Positions 49,699-60,666 of a stretch of 64,000 nt of DNA are shown here, piece after piece. The stretch is from positions 12,357 through 76,356 of the forward strand of contig JAGTQU010000004.1 in the NCBI GenBank assembly GCA_018396695.1. Reading direction: 5' to 3'. Numbering within the stretch: the first letter of the stretch is position 1; each line of letters starts with the position of its first letter. The stretch is from Candidatus Bathyarchaeota archaeon (lineage in GTDB: Archaea > Thermoproteota > Bathyarchaeia > TCS64). The notes beneath the pieces were generated by a model. The model was given only the letters and a program-made list of their open reading frames with translations. It was not told the DNA's origin and searched no databases. A program made the position numbers and the translations under genes.

Positions 49699-50595
49699 TT
49701 GATCCTTCAAGAGCTATTAAACCCGATCTTGCAGCCTTTCATGGACTCGACAACAGACTATGATTCTGCTGAGTTTGTTTTATTCGGAGCCCCCTTAGAT
49801 TTTACTGCTTCTCATCGAAGCGGTTCAAGATTTGCCCCAAATGTGATAAGACAAGAAAGTCAATATTTAGAGTCCTATGATTTAAGAACTGGTCTAGACT
49901 GGAATAATGTTTCCGTGGCAGACCTCGGTGACATAAATAGACTCGAGGATGTCGAGGAGGCGCTCAGCGCCATAGAATCGGTTATAGGGCTAGTCAAGAA
50001 TTCTGGGAAAATCCCTTTAATGATGGGGGGAGAGCATACTGTTACACTCGGGTCGTTAAGGGCTCTCAAACCAGAACTGGTTATCGCATTCGACGCCCAC
50101 CTAGATCTGAGAGACGAATTATTTGATCGAAAGCTCTCTCATGGAACGTTCATGAAACGAGCCTTTGAAGAGCTAGATAATAGAGTCATATTTATCGGGG
50201 GGAGAGCCTTTTCCAAGGAAGAGATTGAGATCCTCAAGGCACATCCCGAAAACTTCATTTTGATCCCTCCGCGTGAATTGCGGAATAATCGAAACACGGT
50301 TTTCAATGACTTGAAGAACGAAGTGGCGAACGCATCGTCTGTTTATATCAGCATCGATATGGATGTGTTAGATCCTACCTATGCTCCAGCTGTCGGAAAC
50401 CCTTCACCAAACGGAATATCTCTGAGATTGCTATCAGACCTTTTAGACTCTGTGTTGGGGGAGAATACTTTCGGGGTTGATATCACCGAGATAACCCCAT
50501 ATTATGATTCAGGGCGTACAGCAATCGTTGGCGCATATCTCATCATTCAAATAATCTATGGGCTTAAGTACGCACGTTCGAAGTCGAGAAGATAA
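49699..50595 (+). CDS. speB: Agmatinase (ureohydrolase family)
   Basis: GGEHTVT, FDAHLD and SIDMDVLDP...AVGNP motifs. Confidence 0.9.
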   Translation: MILQELLNPILQPFMDSTTDYDSAEFVLFGAPLDFTASHRSGSRFAPNVIRQESQYLESYDLRTGLDWNNVSVADLGDINRLEDVEEALSAIESVIGLVKNSGKIPLMMGGEHTVTLGSLRALKPELVIAFDAHLDLRDELFDRKLSHGTFMKRAFEELDNRVIFIGGRAFSKEEIEILKAHPENFILIPPRELRNNRNTVFNDLKNEVANASSVYISIDMDVLDPTYAPAVGNPSPNGISLRLLSDLLDSVLGENTFGVDITEITPYYDSGRTAIVGAYLIIQIIYGLKYARSKSRR

Positions 50596-50620
50596 TATAT
50601 GTCTTAATATTCTAATTTAC

Positions 50621-53191
50621 ATGATGGAGACTGAACAGCCTCAGGATTTTCTAGAAGAGGAAGAAGTGCTAGCGCCGACAGGAAGACTCGCTCCAAATAA
50701 TCTCTCAACATCATACCTCCTTTCAGCTGGATATGATGGCAAGTTAGAGAAGGCCTTTCTCCGACTCTATGAGCCCCTCTCGCAGCAGATATATATTTGG
50801 TACGATAACACGGGTCATCTTCCATACTGTATTTCAAAGGAAACTCCCGAAGAGTTAAGGAAGAATAATAAGCTACTCAACTATCCGGGTTTTCTAACTC
50901 TCGAACAGGTAGAGAAGTTCGATGCCTTAAAAGATGAAAAAATAAAGGTAACAAAGGTTGTAGCGTCTAATCCTCTCGCGATAGGTGGACAAGGGAAGAC
51001 AGGCATAAGATATATAATCGGTGATAGCTGGGAAAGCCACATCAGATACTATCAAAACTACATTTATGATAGAGGCTTAATCCCTGGCATGCCTTACAGA
51101 ATCGAAAGTGGGTCTCTCGCGGAAGAGGAATATGCTCTCCCTAAAGCAGCAGCCGAGGGGTTGAACGCTATTCTCGAGAAGGAGGAACAGGAATTTAGGG
51201 AGAACATGAAAGAGTGGGCGAGGCTCCTCCAGTGTCCTATACCTTCCTTTAGACGGGTAGCGGTAGACATTGAAGTTCACATGTCTGTAGCTAACAGGGT
51301 TCCCAACCCTGAGGAAGCTATAGAACCAATAATTGCAGTAGCCTTCGTCTCCTCGGATGAGTTGAGAAGAGTCTTCCTTCTAAACGAGGATGAAGATGCT
51401 GAGTTACCGAAAATTAATGGGGCTGAAGTGGTCTTCTTCAAGGATGAAAGGGATCTGATTAGAGAAACCTTTCGAATTCTTGATGAATATCCCCTTGTGT
51501 TAACTTTTAACGGAGACGATTTCGACCTTAGATACCTGAAGCGGAGGGCGCAGAATCTAGCCTTCACAAATGAAGAGATACCGATAACTCTCGGCAGACT
51601 ATTCGCGTATCTGAGGAATGGTGTTCACATTGATCTGTATCGGTTCTTTCTAAACCGTGCAATCCAGATTTATGCATTCGGCAATCGGTATAGGGAGAAC
51701 ACATTGAACGATGTAGCGTCAGCTCTTCTTGGAAAGCTTAAGCTGGAGTATTCTGATTTCTCGAAACTCTCCTTTGACGAGTTGGCGAGATACTGTTTGA
51801 ACGATGCTGAGTTAACTTATGAGCTGACAGCGTTCAACGACGATCTTACGATGAAGCTCCTCACAATGCTTTCTCGCATAAGCAAGATGACTATGGAGGA
51901 TGTGAGCAGACAGGGGGTAAGCCGGTGGGTTTTGACTTTGCTCGAGTTCGAGCATAGACGTAGGAACTGGCTAATCCCAAACGAGCCTGATATCTTGGAA
52001 ATGAAAGGCGAGACTTCGACTACAGCCATCATTAAAGGGAAAAAATACTTGGGTGCCATCGTCCGATCCCCGAAGATTGGGGTTCATTTCGGGGTAACCG
52101 TCTTAGACTTTGCTTCCCTTTATCCTTCAGCTATCAGAAACTGGAATCTCAGCTATGAAACAGTTCGATGCTTACATCCCGAGGACAGAAACAACATCGT
52201 CCCTGGGACTAGCCACTGGGTTTGCAAGAAGAATCGTGGTATGATGAGCCTTATAATCGGAAGCCTCCGAGACCTAAGAGTAAGCTGGTATAAACCGCTT
52301 TCAAAAGATAAAAGCCTTACAAAAGAAGAGAGAGTCTTCTACGATGTAGTCCAGAGCGCCTTGAAGGTCTTCCTCAACGCTTCGTATGGAGTATTCGGCT
52401 CCGAGGCGTTTCAACTCTTCTGTCCACCTCTCGCTGAGAGCACAGCGGCTATTGGTCGATGGGCTATGACACAGACTGTTGATGCCGCCTCTAAACTCGG
52501 GATAGAAGTGATATATGGCGACACGGATAGCATCTTTCTCGAGCAACCCTCGATAGAAAAAACCAACGAGCTAGTCGCATGGTCTAGTAGTGAGCTAGGC
52601 ATCGAACTTGACATCGATAAAGTCTATAGATACGCCGTCTTCTCTAAGAGAAAGAAAAACTACTTGGGCGTTTATCCTGATGGTTCAGTAGACATCAAGG
52701 GTCTCACAGGTAAGAAGAGACATGTGCCAAAGATGATTAAAGAAGCATTCTTCAACATGACCAAAATTCTAAGCTCTGTGGAGACTCCTGAAGACGTCGA
52801 AAAGGCTAAGGAAGATATTAAGACTCTAGTTGCGTCCGTCTACGACCGCCTTAAGAGGAGGGACTTCGATATGAGTGAAGTAGCATTCAACGTGATGCTC
52901 GGGAGACGCCTGTCAAGTTATGAGACTAATCCACAACATGTTAAGGCTGCGAAGATGCTTCAGCAGCAGGGAATCAGTCTAGGCATCGGCGACCTGATAA
53001 GCTACGTAGTTACGGTGGGTGGAGGGGTGAAACCGATACAATTAGCTTCTAAAAGAGATGTTGACGTAGAGAAATACGTAGGCTACCTAGAATCAATGTT
53101 TGAACAGGTTCTTGAAGCCTTTGACATGGACTTCGACCAGTTGGTAGGCCGCATGAGAAAGCCTACTCTCGACAGCTTTTTCTCCAACTAA
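50621..53191 (+). CDS. polB1: Family B DNA polymerase, PolB1 type
   Basis: DIE exonuclease motif, LDFASLYPS, KVFLNASYGVFG, YGDTDS and KKNY; start reset to ATG 50621. Confidence 0.94.
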   Translation: MMETEQPQDFLEEEEVLAPTGRLAPNNLSTSYLLSAGYDGKLEKAFLRLYEPLSQQIYIWYDNTGHLPYCISKETPEELRKNNKLLNYPGFLTLEQVEKFDALKDEKIKVTKVVASNPLAIGGQGKTGIRYIIGDSWESHIRYYQNYIYDRGLIPGMPYRIESGSLAEEEYALPKAAAEGLNAILEKEEQEFRENMKEWARLLQCPIPSFRRVAVDIEVHMSVANRVPNPEEAIEPIIAVAFVSSDELRRVFLLNEDEDAELPKINGAEVVFFKDERDLIRETFRILDEYPLVLTFNGDDFDLRYLKRRAQNLAFTNEEIPITLGRLFAYLRNGVHIDLYRFFLNRAIQIYAFGNRYRENTLNDVASALLGKLKLEYSDFSKLSFDELARYCLNDAELTYELTAFNDDLTMKLLTMLSRISKMTMEDVSRQGVSRWVLTLLEFEHRRRNWLIPNEPDILEMKGETSTTAIIKGKKYLGAIVRSPKIGVHFGVTVLDFASLYPSAIRNWNLSYETVRCLHPEDRNNIVPGTSHWVCKKNRGMMSLIIGSLRDLRVSWYKPLSKDKSLTKEERVFYDVVQSALKVFLNASYGVFGSEAFQLFCPPLAESTAAIGRWAMTQTVDAASKLGIEVIYGDTDSIFLEQPSIEKTNELVAWSSSELGIELDIDKVYRYAVFSKRKKNYLGVYPDGSVDIKGLTGKKRHVPKMIKEAFFNMTKILSSVETPEDVEKAKEDIKTLVASVYDRLKRRDFDMSEVAFNVMLGRRLSSYETNPQHVKAAKMLQQQGISLGIGDLISYVVTVGGGVKPIQLASKRDVDVEKYVGYLESMFEQVLEAFDMDFDQLVGRMRKPTLDSFFSN

Positions 53192-53292
53192 AATTTTTCC
53201 ACTCTTTTCATAACCCTCCAATAGGGATTATACCGACTTTAGCGTGAAACCTATATATTACCTAGTTTGCCTAAAGGTTTAGGTCTATATCA

Positions 53293-54600
53293 ATGTCTCA
53301 ATTCGTTGATATTGCCAAGATCATCGAAGGAAAACATGATGGAGAATCCGTGAGTATCCGCGGCTGGGTTTATAATAAACGTAGCAGCGGGGGTATCCAG
53401 TTCCTAATGGTTAGAGATGGCACTGGAGTAATCCAGTGCACTTTGAATAAGAATAACGTGGATGAGACCTTTTTCAATAAAGTTGAAAAGTTACCGATTG
53501 AGTCTGTTCTCGAGGCTACGGGTCTCGTAAACTTGGAGAAGAGGGCACCTGATGGTAGAGAAGTCTCGATAAAAAGCATCGGAAATATTATCGAGTCTCA
53601 GCCGAACTTTCCCATAACTAGGAAAAAGCACGGTGTCGAGTTCCTCCTGGATAACCGTCATTTATACATCCGTGATCCGAAGATGCAGACGATCTTCAGG
53701 CTTAGAGCTATGATGATGAGGGTTGCTCGAGAATGGTTTAATGAGAGAGGATACACGGAAGCACATTCGCCAATCTTTACTTCCGCAGCGTGTGAGGGCG
53801 GCTCAACATTATTTGAGGTCAATTACTTTGAGAGGGAGGGGATATACCTGTCGCAAAGCTGGCAGCTCTACGCTGAGGCCATGATAAGCTCCCTAGGCAA
53901 AATCTACACCATCTCGCCTAGTTTTCGAGCTGAGGAGAGCAGGACTAGGAGGCATATAGCTGAGTTTTGGCATCTAGAAGTGGAGGAGCCCTTCACGGAT
54001 TTGGATGGGATCATGAAGGTAGGGGATGAGCTAGTAACCCATATTTGCCAACAACTGGCTGAGAAGATGCCAAGAGAGCTTAAACGCCTAGGTCGGGATC
54101 CAAAAAGCCTTCTAAAGATAGAGCCACCGTTTCCACGAATTACTTACGATGAGGCTTCAGAGATCCTCAGGGGAGATGGCATAGAAATATTGTGGGGTGA
54201 TGACTTCGGATGGCAGCAGGAGGAGCCTCTGACCAAACACTTCGAATCACCTTTCTGGGTCACCCACTTCCCAATCGGAATAAAAGCCTTCTACCATAAA
54301 CCGGATCCTAAGAGACCTGACGTAACTCTCTCAGGGGATCTTCTTGCACCCGAAGGCTATGGCGAGATCATTGGAGGAGGTCAAAGGATCCACGACTATG
54401 ATGAGCTTTTAAAAAGGATCAATGACGAGAACCTCGATCCTTCAAATTATAGCTGGTATCTCGATCTCAGGAAGTGGGGAACTGTACCCCACAGCGGTTT
54501 TGGCCTCGGCATAGAAAGGGTTCTCATGTGGATCTGTAAACTAGAAACCATCAGAGATACGATACCCTTCCCCAGGGATATCAGAAGAGTCTACCCTTAA
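53293..54600 (+). CDS. asnS: Asparaginyl-tRNA synthetase
   Basis: OB-fold N-terminus, YLSQSWQLY, FRAEESRTRRHIAEFWHLE, GEIIGGGQR and HSGFGLGIER. Confidence 0.9.
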   Translation: MSQFVDIAKIIEGKHDGESVSIRGWVYNKRSSGGIQFLMVRDGTGVIQCTLNKNNVDETFFNKVEKLPIESVLEATGLVNLEKRAPDGREVSIKSIGNIIESQPNFPITRKKHGVEFLLDNRHLYIRDPKMQTIFRLRAMMMRVAREWFNERGYTEAHSPIFTSAACEGGSTLFEVNYFEREGIYLSQSWQLYAEAMISSLGKIYTISPSFRAEESRTRRHIAEFWHLEVEEPFTDLDGIMKVGDELVTHICQQLAEKMPRELKRLGRDPKSLLKIEPPFPRITYDEASEILRGDGIEILWGDDFGWQQEEPLTKHFESPFWVTHFPIGIKAFYHKPDPKRPDVTLSGDLLAPEGYGEIIGGGQRIHDYDELLKRINDENLDPSNYSWYLDLRKWGTVPHSGFGLGIERVLMWICKLETIRDTIPFPRDIRRVYP

Positions 54601-55178
54601 TTCGATGATTCCTTTCGAATTTTCATCATTCTTAATCCTAGGGCGGAAGACCAGAAGCTTGCAGCCAGACTTGAGACGGCTTCAGGGATCGCTACACCTT
54701 CCCATGGGAGAGACCAGACGAAGATTCCTATGATTCCAACTATCAAGGATAGGCTGCTGAAGAAAATGCTCTTTTCATTTAGGAAGTAGAATCCGAAAAC
54801 TAGTAAAGAAATGATGAGGCTAACGAAGAATCCAACCGAGACATAGAAATGGATTATACCAAATCGCTCATTGAAGACCCCTACGAATAAGAGGAAAAGA
54901 GAGCTGATCAGGAAAATGTAGGAGCCTAGTTTTCCTATCTTACGATTCGTGTACTCCAGCAGCCCTAAAGAAAATATGATTAAAAGCATGCTTGTTACCA
55001 CAAGTCCAGAATTAAAGATTAAAGCGCTTAGACCACTAACTCCGAGGTCGCTCAGCGCATTCCGCGACCAATTGAACCACGGAGAAACTCTTATAGCATA
55101 GAAGACTGTGGAGAAACCTACTAAGGGGGATAGAATCCCAAAGAGTCCGGTAAAAGTCGTGATTTTGATGGGTCTCAG
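54597..55178 (-). CDS. DUF998 membrane protein; start extended upstream of the ORF track call (55001)
   Basis: The in-frame upstream region encodes the family signature PWFNWSRNALSDLG; no ATG/GTG/TTG there; CTG at 55178 follows GGTGTGA. Confidence 0.8.
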   Translation of the reverse strand: MRPIKITTFTGLFGILSPLVGFSTVFYAIRVSPWFNWSRNALSDLGVSGLSALIFNSGLVVTSMLLIIFSLGLLEYTNRKIGKLGSYIFLISSLFLLFVGVFNERFGIIHFYVSVGFFVSLIISLLVFGFYFLNEKSIFFSSLSLIVGIIGIFVWSLPWEGVAIPEAVSSLAASFWSSALGLRMMKIRKESSN

Positions 55179-55182
55179 ATCT

Positions 55183-55455
55183 TCACACCTTTATATCAAA
55201 TGATTTAAACTCGCCCGTCACAGGCTCAACCCTCACCTCAAAGTCCTCAACTCTCGCCATTACAGGTCCAATCCTACACCATTCAATGAATTTTTTCAAC
55301 TTATCCTCTTCCCCCTCGGCGACTATCTCAACCCTACCATCTTCTAGGTTTTTTACCCATCCGGTTATGCTTAACTCTCTAGCCTTTTTCTGAGTACTAC
55401 TCCGGTAGAAGACTCCCTGAACTCTTCCTGAAACATAGATATGGACTCGCATCAT
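55183..55455 (-). CDS. acyP: Acylphosphatase
   Basis: SGRVQGVFYR and GWVKNLEDGRVE motifs. Confidence 0.94.
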   Translation of the reverse strand: MMRVHIYVSGRVQGVFYRSSTQKKARELSITGWVKNLEDGRVEIVAEGEEDKLKKFIEWCRIGPVMARVEDFEVRVEPVTGEFKSFDIKV

Positions 55456-56546
55456 CCGTGTTTCTTCCCGAAGGCTCCGTATCGGGCTGAGATGTAGCAG
55501 CTTCCTTCATGCGATACCATGCAGGGTCCTATAGGGTTATCTGGAGTGCATGACGAATTGTATAGGGGGCAATCCCACGGGTAGATGACTGCTTTAAGCA
55601 CTTCACCGCAACGGCAACCTTTTGGCATTGTGTAATCTTCTTCAGCCTCGATATGAAATCTTTTTGAAGCGTCGCATTCTTCAAACTCTCTTTTCAAGGC
55701 TAAACCAGAATTCTTTATTACGCCTATCCCTCTCCATGCCCCGTCAACTTTGTCGAAAACCTGAGCCATCATCCTTTGAGCTTTAGGGTTTCCCTTCTCC
55801 CTGACCGCGCGACTGTATTCATTCTCCACTTCTCCACGCCCCTCGAGAGACTGTTGAAGTATCATAGAGATAGCGAATAAGACATCAAGAGGCTCAAAAC
55901 CCGCGACTACTTGAGGGATCTTGAAACGTTCAGCCACTTCACAGTAACCCGCGGATCCTATAATCGTGCTTACATGCCCGGGAAGAATAAAACCATGGAT
56001 CGAGGATTCTCCTGACTCTAGAAGATATATCATCGCAGGTGGGATGAGAAGGTGGGCGGAGTATATACTGAAGTTTTTTGGAGGATTAGCGAGTATCTCT
56101 GCAGCAGTAGTAGGAGCCGTTGTTTCAAATCCAACTGCAAAGTGAACAACCTGTTTTTCCGTTCTCTCAGCGATCCTTACAGAATCGTGGATACTATATA
56201 CTACCCGAATATCAGCTCCTCTTGCGTTCGCATCGGCGAGGGAGCCATGCCCTGAAGGGACTCTCAACATGTCGCCGAATGTTGTCAGGATCGCTTTCTT
56301 CTCAGCGATCCTTATAGCAACATCAATCTTGTTTGGAGGAACTGTGCATATTGGGCACCCTGGACCCATAAGAACCCCAACATTCTCAGGAAGCATATCT
56401 CTTATCCCATATTTGGTGATAGTATCTTCATGCGTGCCGCACACATGGACTATTCGAAATAACTCTCCTCCCGCCAAATTTTCGATACGATGAATAACTT
56501 TCTTGGCTAGATCGCTATTGCGAAAGCTTCGGATTAGAGGTAACAT
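55452..56546 (-). CDS. hypD: [NiFe]-hydrogenase maturation protein HypD
   Basis: CGTH, GPGCPIC, GFETT, PGHVS and C-terminal CRCG...CPLY...GPCMVSHEGSC. Confidence 0.95.
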   Translation of the reverse strand: MLPLIRSFRNSDLAKKVIHRIENLAGGELFRIVHVCGTHEDTITKYGIRDMLPENVGVLMGPGCPICTVPPNKIDVAIRIAEKKAILTTFGDMLRVPSGHGSLADANARGADIRVVYSIHDSVRIAERTEKQVVHFAVGFETTAPTTAAEILANPPKNFSIYSAHLLIPPAMIYLLESGESSIHGFILPGHVSTIIGSAGYCEVAERFKIPQVVAGFEPLDVLFAISMILQQSLEGRGEVENEYSRAVREKGNPKAQRMMAQVFDKVDGAWRGIGVIKNSGLALKREFEECDASKRFHIEAEEDYTMPKGCRCGEVLKAVIYPWDCPLYNSSCTPDNPIGPCMVSHEGSCYISARYGAFGKKHG

Positions 56547-56655
56547 CTCTGAATAACTCTGAGAGGAGGTTAATAAATAATTTAAACAATCTTTAGCGTT
56601 AGCATTAAAAAGAGATGGAATTCAAGAAAATGTGTTTTGAATAAACTTAGAAAAA

Positions 56656-56661
56656 TTTAAA
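56656..56661 (+). promoter_or_regulatory. Candidate BRE/TATA for the thermosome operon
   Basis: GAAAAA-TTTAAA upstream of the AGGTGA SD and ATG 56699. Confidence 0.45.
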
Positions 56662-56698
56662 TTATTCCGTCTTCGCTTCTTTCGAATTAGGTGAAAAA

Positions 56699-58357
56699 AT
56701 GTCAGCTGCTCCTCAGATGACCGGAACACCGGTTCTAATTTTGAAAGAAGGTTCCTCTCGAGAGAGGGGTAGGGGTGCCCAGAGGAATAATATCGAAGCC
56801 GCTCTTGCCATTGCCGAGGCCTTGAAAACGTCTCTTGGACCTAAGGGAATGGATAAAATGCTTGTAGATAGCTTTGGAGACGTAACTATAACAAGTGATG
56901 GACGTACTATACTTGACGAGATGGATGTGCAACATCCAGCTGCGAAGATGATGGTTGAGGTTTCGAAGACTCAGGACCAGGAGGTAGGTGATGGTACAAC
57001 ATCGGTAGTTATCATAGCTGGAGAACTTCTCAATCTGGCTCAGGATTTGATGGATAAGCAGATACATCCTACCGTTATCATCGATGGTTATAAGGAAGCT
57101 GCTGAAAAGGCTTTAGAGCATTTAGAAAAGATAGCCATCAAGGTCAACCCCAAGGATAAGCAGTATTTGCGAAAAATCGCTATGACATCTATGGCGAGTA
57201 AACTGGTGACGGGGAATAAAGAGCAGCTTGCTGATATAACGGTTGATGCGATACTCCATGTTGTGCAAGAGGATGAGGGGAAACTCAAAGTCGATCTCGA
57301 CGATATAATGATCGAGAAAAAGCCAGGCGAATCGTTAACAGAAACGAAGCTTATCAAGGGAATCATCATTGATAAAGAGATTATTCATCCTAAGATGCCG
57401 CGTAGGGTTGAAAACGCTAAGATCGCCCTCATCAACAGGGCCTTCGAGGTAAAGAAAACCGAGTTTGACGCGAAAATAAACATAGAGTCTCCTGAAGAGA
57501 TCGAAGCCTATCTACAGCAGGAGGAAGAGATGTTGAAGTCGATGGTCGATAAAGTAAAGAATGTTGGGGCAACAATAGTCTTCTGCCAGAAAGGAATTGA
57601 TGATGTGGCTGCACACTTCTTGGCTAGAGAGGGTATACTCGCAGTTAAACAGGTTAAAGAATCTGACATGGAGAAGCTCGCTAAAGCGACTGAGGGAAAG
57701 ATAAGCACCAACTTCGAGGATTTGAAGCCTTCTGATCTTGGTGAGGCTGGTCTCGTCGAGGAGAGGAAGATCGGCGACGACAAGATGGTCTTCGTGGAGA
57801 ACTGCAAGAACCCGAAGGCTGTGGCGATTTTGATTAGGGGTGGAACTGAACGAATCGTCGACGAGGCTGAAAGATCTATACACGATGCTCTATCCGTGGT
57901 GAAAGATGTGGTTCTTGAGCCAAAAATAGTTGCAGGCGGAGGAGCGCCTGAAATCGAAGTAGCAAAGGCGGTTAGAGGCAAGGCTATAGGTCAGCCTGGT
58001 AGAGGTCAGCTAGCCCTCGAGAAATTTGCAGACGCGATCGAAGTGATACCGACAACCCTTGCGGAAAACGCTGGTCTGGATCCGATAGATATCTTGTCGG
58101 AGATTAAGGCTCGGCATGAGAAGGGAGAAATCTGGGTAGGCGTTGACGTCATAGGAGGGAGGGTCGAAGATTTGCAGAAGCTTGATGTCCTTGAACCTTT
58201 AGCTGTTAAGAAGCAGATCATCAAATCTGCGACGGAAGCCGCTACAATGCTACTTAAGATCGATGATGTGATAGCTGCTGCAAAAATGAAGGAGCCTAAG
58301 CCTCCAAGTGGCGGACCAGGTGGTCCTGAAGGAATGGGAGGGATGCCTCCCTATTAG
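56699..58357 (+). CDS. ths: Thermosome (group II chaperonin) subunit 1
   Basis: [16 protein letters not shown] and IVAGGGAPE; GGM-type tail. Confidence 0.97.
   Translation: MSAAPQMTGTPVLILKEGSSRERGRGAQRNNIEAALAIAEALKTSLGPKGMDKMLVDSFGDVTITSDGRTILDEMDVQHPAAKMMVEVSKTQDQEVGDGTTSVVIIAGELLNLAQDLMDKQIHPTVIIDGYKEAAEKALEHLEKIAIKVNPKDKQYLRKIAMTSMASKLVTGNKEQLADITVDAILHVVQEDEGKLKVDLDDIMIEKKPGESLTETKLIKGIIIDKEIIHPKMPRRVENAKIALINRAFEVKKTEFDAKINIESPEEIEAYLQQEEEMLKSMVDKVKNVGATIVFCQKGIDDVAAHFLAREGILAVKQVKESDMEKLAKATEGKISTNFEDLKPSDLGEAGLVEERKIGDDKMVFVENCKNPKAVAILIRGGTERIVDEAERSIHDALSVVKDVVLEPKIVAGGGAPEIEVAKAVRGKAIGQPGRGQLALEKFADAIEVIPTTLAENAGLDPIDILSEIKARHEKGEIWVGVDVIGGRVEDLQKLDVLEPLAVKKQIIKSATEAATMLLKIDDVIAAAKMKEPKPPSGGPGGPEGMGGMPPY
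57716..57808 (+). repeat. 93-bp tract identical to 59393-59485 (thermosome paralogs)
   Basis: GAGGATTTGAAGCCTTCT...GAGAACTGCAAG compared base by base in both genes. Confidence 0.92.
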
Positions 58358-58363
58358 CTCGAG

Positions 58364-60028
58364 GTGATGGGAATGGCTTATCTAGCTAGTGGACCAGGTG
58401 GTCAACCGATCCTCATCCTTAAAGAGGGTACTCAGAGGAGTCGTGGTTCAGAGGCTCGAAGCAGAAACATTGAGGTGGCTGTAATCATTGCTGATGCATT
58501 GAAGTCGGCTCTGGGTCCAAGAGGAATGGATAAGATGCTCGTTGACTCTCTCGGGGATTTGACGATCACAAACGACGGCGCCAAGATACTCGAAGAGATG
58601 GAGCTTGAGCATCCTATTGGAAAAATGATTAAAGAGGCTGCTAAGACTCAGGAGAACACTGTAGGGGACGGATGCACGACGGCTACGCTTCTCACGGGAG
58701 AGCTTTTACAAAAATCGGTGGCACTCCTCGACCAGAAGATCCATCCCACCGTCATCATAAGCGGCTTCAGGAATGCTGAGAGGCATGTTCTCAAGAAGCT
58801 AGAGGAGTTAGCTATCAAAGTCGATCTCAAAGATAAAGAAACCTTAAGAAAGGTAGCTTTGACTTCGATGAGCAGCAAGACGCTAGGGGCTGTCGCAAAA
58901 CTATTTGCAGATATAGCTATCGAAGCGGTTATACAGGTTGCAGAGAAGAGGGGAGATACATACTACGTTGACAAAGACAATATACAGATAATTAAAAAAG
59001 AAGGGAAAAGCCTAGGAGAGACCGAGCTAGTTAAAGGTATTATTCTCGATAAGGAGGTTGTTCACCCAGGAATGCCTAAAAGGGTTGAAAACGCTAAGAT
59101 CGCCTTGGTAAACTCGGCTTTAGAGGTTGAGAAGACCGAGATAGATGCGGAGATCAGGATACGTACACCGTCGAATGTGAAGGCATTCCTTGACCAGGAA
59201 GCTAAACTAATCGAGAAGATGGTTGAAAGAGTGAAGAGCTCTGGAGCTAACGTTTTGATCTGCCAGAAAGGTATAGACGATATTGCCCAATACCAGTTGG
59301 CGAAGGCAGGGATACTCGCCGTGAGGAGAGCCAAAGAATCTGACATGGAGAAGCTCGCTAAAGCAACTGGAGCCGAGATTGTCACTAGCCTTGAGGATTT
59401 GAAGCCTTCTGATCTTGGTGAGGCTGGTCTCGTCGAGGAGAGGAAGATCGGCGACGACAAGATGGTCTTCGTGGAGAACTGCAAGTCTCCAACTGCTGTC
59501 TCGATTCTCATTAGAGCGGGTTTAGAGAGGATGGTCGAGGAGGCTGAGAGGGCTATGAACGATGCCATATCTGTTGTAGCCGATGTCATCCAGACGCCCA
59601 TGATTGTAGCTGGAGGAGGCGCAATCGAGCTAGAATTGGCTCGAAGTTTGAAGACCGTCGCGGCGAAGACGGGCGGCAGAGAGCAGCTTGCCATTGAAGC
59701 CTTCAGCGACGCCTTAGAGGTTATTCCAAGGACTCTGGCAGAGAACGCTGGTCATGATCCGCTTGACGTGATGGTTGCCCTGAGATCCGTTCATGAGAAA
59801 GAGGATGGGGTCTATACTGGCATAGACATAGCCTCTGGTAAGCCTGTTGACATGAGGAGCCTAGGGATCTACGACCCACTCAAAGTAAAAGAGCAGGCAA
59901 TCAAAACCGCTACCGAGCTTGCGTCAATGATACTAAGGATCGATGATGTAATAGCAGCCTCCAAACCGAAGGAAGAAGAGAAGCCAAAACCCCCGAGCCC
60001 TGAAGGGTCAGGCGAGGAAGAATTTTAG
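58364..60028 (+). CDS. ths: Thermosome (group II chaperonin) subunit 2
   Basis: [16 protein letters not shown] and IVAGGGAIE; acidic tail. Confidence 0.97.
   Translation: MMGMAYLASGPGGQPILILKEGTQRSRGSEARSRNIEVAVIIADALKSALGPRGMDKMLVDSLGDLTITNDGAKILEEMELEHPIGKMIKEAAKTQENTVGDGCTTATLLTGELLQKSVALLDQKIHPTVIISGFRNAERHVLKKLEELAIKVDLKDKETLRKVALTSMSSKTLGAVAKLFADIAIEAVIQVAEKRGDTYYVDKDNIQIIKKEGKSLGETELVKGIILDKEVVHPGMPKRVENAKIALVNSALEVEKTEIDAEIRIRTPSNVKAFLDQEAKLIEKMVERVKSSGANVLICQKGIDDIAQYQLAKAGILAVRRAKESDMEKLAKATGAEIVTSLEDLKPSDLGEAGLVEERKIGDDKMVFVENCKSPTAVSILIRAGLERMVEEAERAMNDAISVVADVIQTPMIVAGGGAIELELARSLKTVAAKTGGREQLAIEAFSDALEVIPRTLAENAGHDPLDVMVALRSVHEKEDGVYTGIDIASGKPVDMRSLGIYDPLKVKEQAIKTATELASMILRIDDVIAASKPKEEEKPKPPSPEGSGEEEF
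59393..59485 (+). repeat. Second copy of the 93-bp identical tract
   Basis: Identical to 57716-57808. Confidence 0.92.
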
Positions 60029-60037
60029 ACACTTCCC

Positions 60038-60045
60038 TTTTTTTT
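60038..60045 (+). terminator. Oligo-T archaeal terminator after the thermosome operon
   Basis: T8 run about 10 nt after the stop codon. Confidence 0.55.
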
Positions 60046-60090
60046 AAACCACTTTCTCGATAAGATTATCTTTTTTAGAAACTAATTAAA

Positions 60091-60666
60091 TTGTATATGA
60101 ATGAGACTCGTATTTTCGGGTTTGGAGGGAGTCTCAGAAAAGATAGCTTTAACTGGGCTCTACTGGAGGCAGCTGTAAAGTTAACCCCTACTAACGCAAG
60201 ACTAGAGGTGTTTAGCAGGAATGATCTAGAACAAGTTCCATTATTCAATCAAGATATGGAGCATAACCCGCCTGATGTTGTTAGAATCTTCAAGAATATG
60301 GCTAAAAAATCAGATTCTATTTTAATCTCTACTCCTGAGTATAATTTCTCTTTTCCAGGCCTTCTTAAGAACCTAATCGACTGGGCTTCGAGACCTGATG
60401 AAGATAATGTCTTCAATGGTAAGCCGGTGGCTATTATGAGTGCATCAACAGGAATATTCGGAGGAATCAGAGCCCAGTTTCAACTTAGGCAGACTTTGCT
60501 GGCGTTGAATATGCATCCGTTAAACAGACCAATTGTTGCCATCGGGAATGCTGCTACAAAGATCGATGAGAATGGGTGTATTAGAGACGAGAAAACGAAA
60601 AAGAGGATAGAAGAACTACTGAAGGCTCTCATCGAGTGGACAAAGAGGTTGAAAGCGAATGGCTAA
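60091..60666 (+). CDS. NAD(P)H-dependent FMN reductase
   Basis: GSLRKDSFN, STPEYN...LKNLIDWASR and GGIRAQFQLR motifs. Confidence 0.92.
   Translation: MYMNETRIFGFGGSLRKDSFNWALLEAAVKLTPTNARLEVFSRNDLEQVPLFNQDMEHNPPDVVRIFKNMAKKSDSILISTPEYNFSFPGLLKNLIDWASRPDEDNVFNGKPVAIMSASTGIFGGIRAQFQLRQTLLALNMHPLNRPIVAIGNAATKIDENGCIRDEKTKKRIEELLKALIEWTKRLKANG

Noticed and set aside
50558-50620. N-terminal extensions of PolB1 (from 50558) and Lrp (from 25779) in the ORF track
   Set aside because: The extensions overlap speB or run through AT-rich promoter DNA; downstream ATGs fit the family starts.
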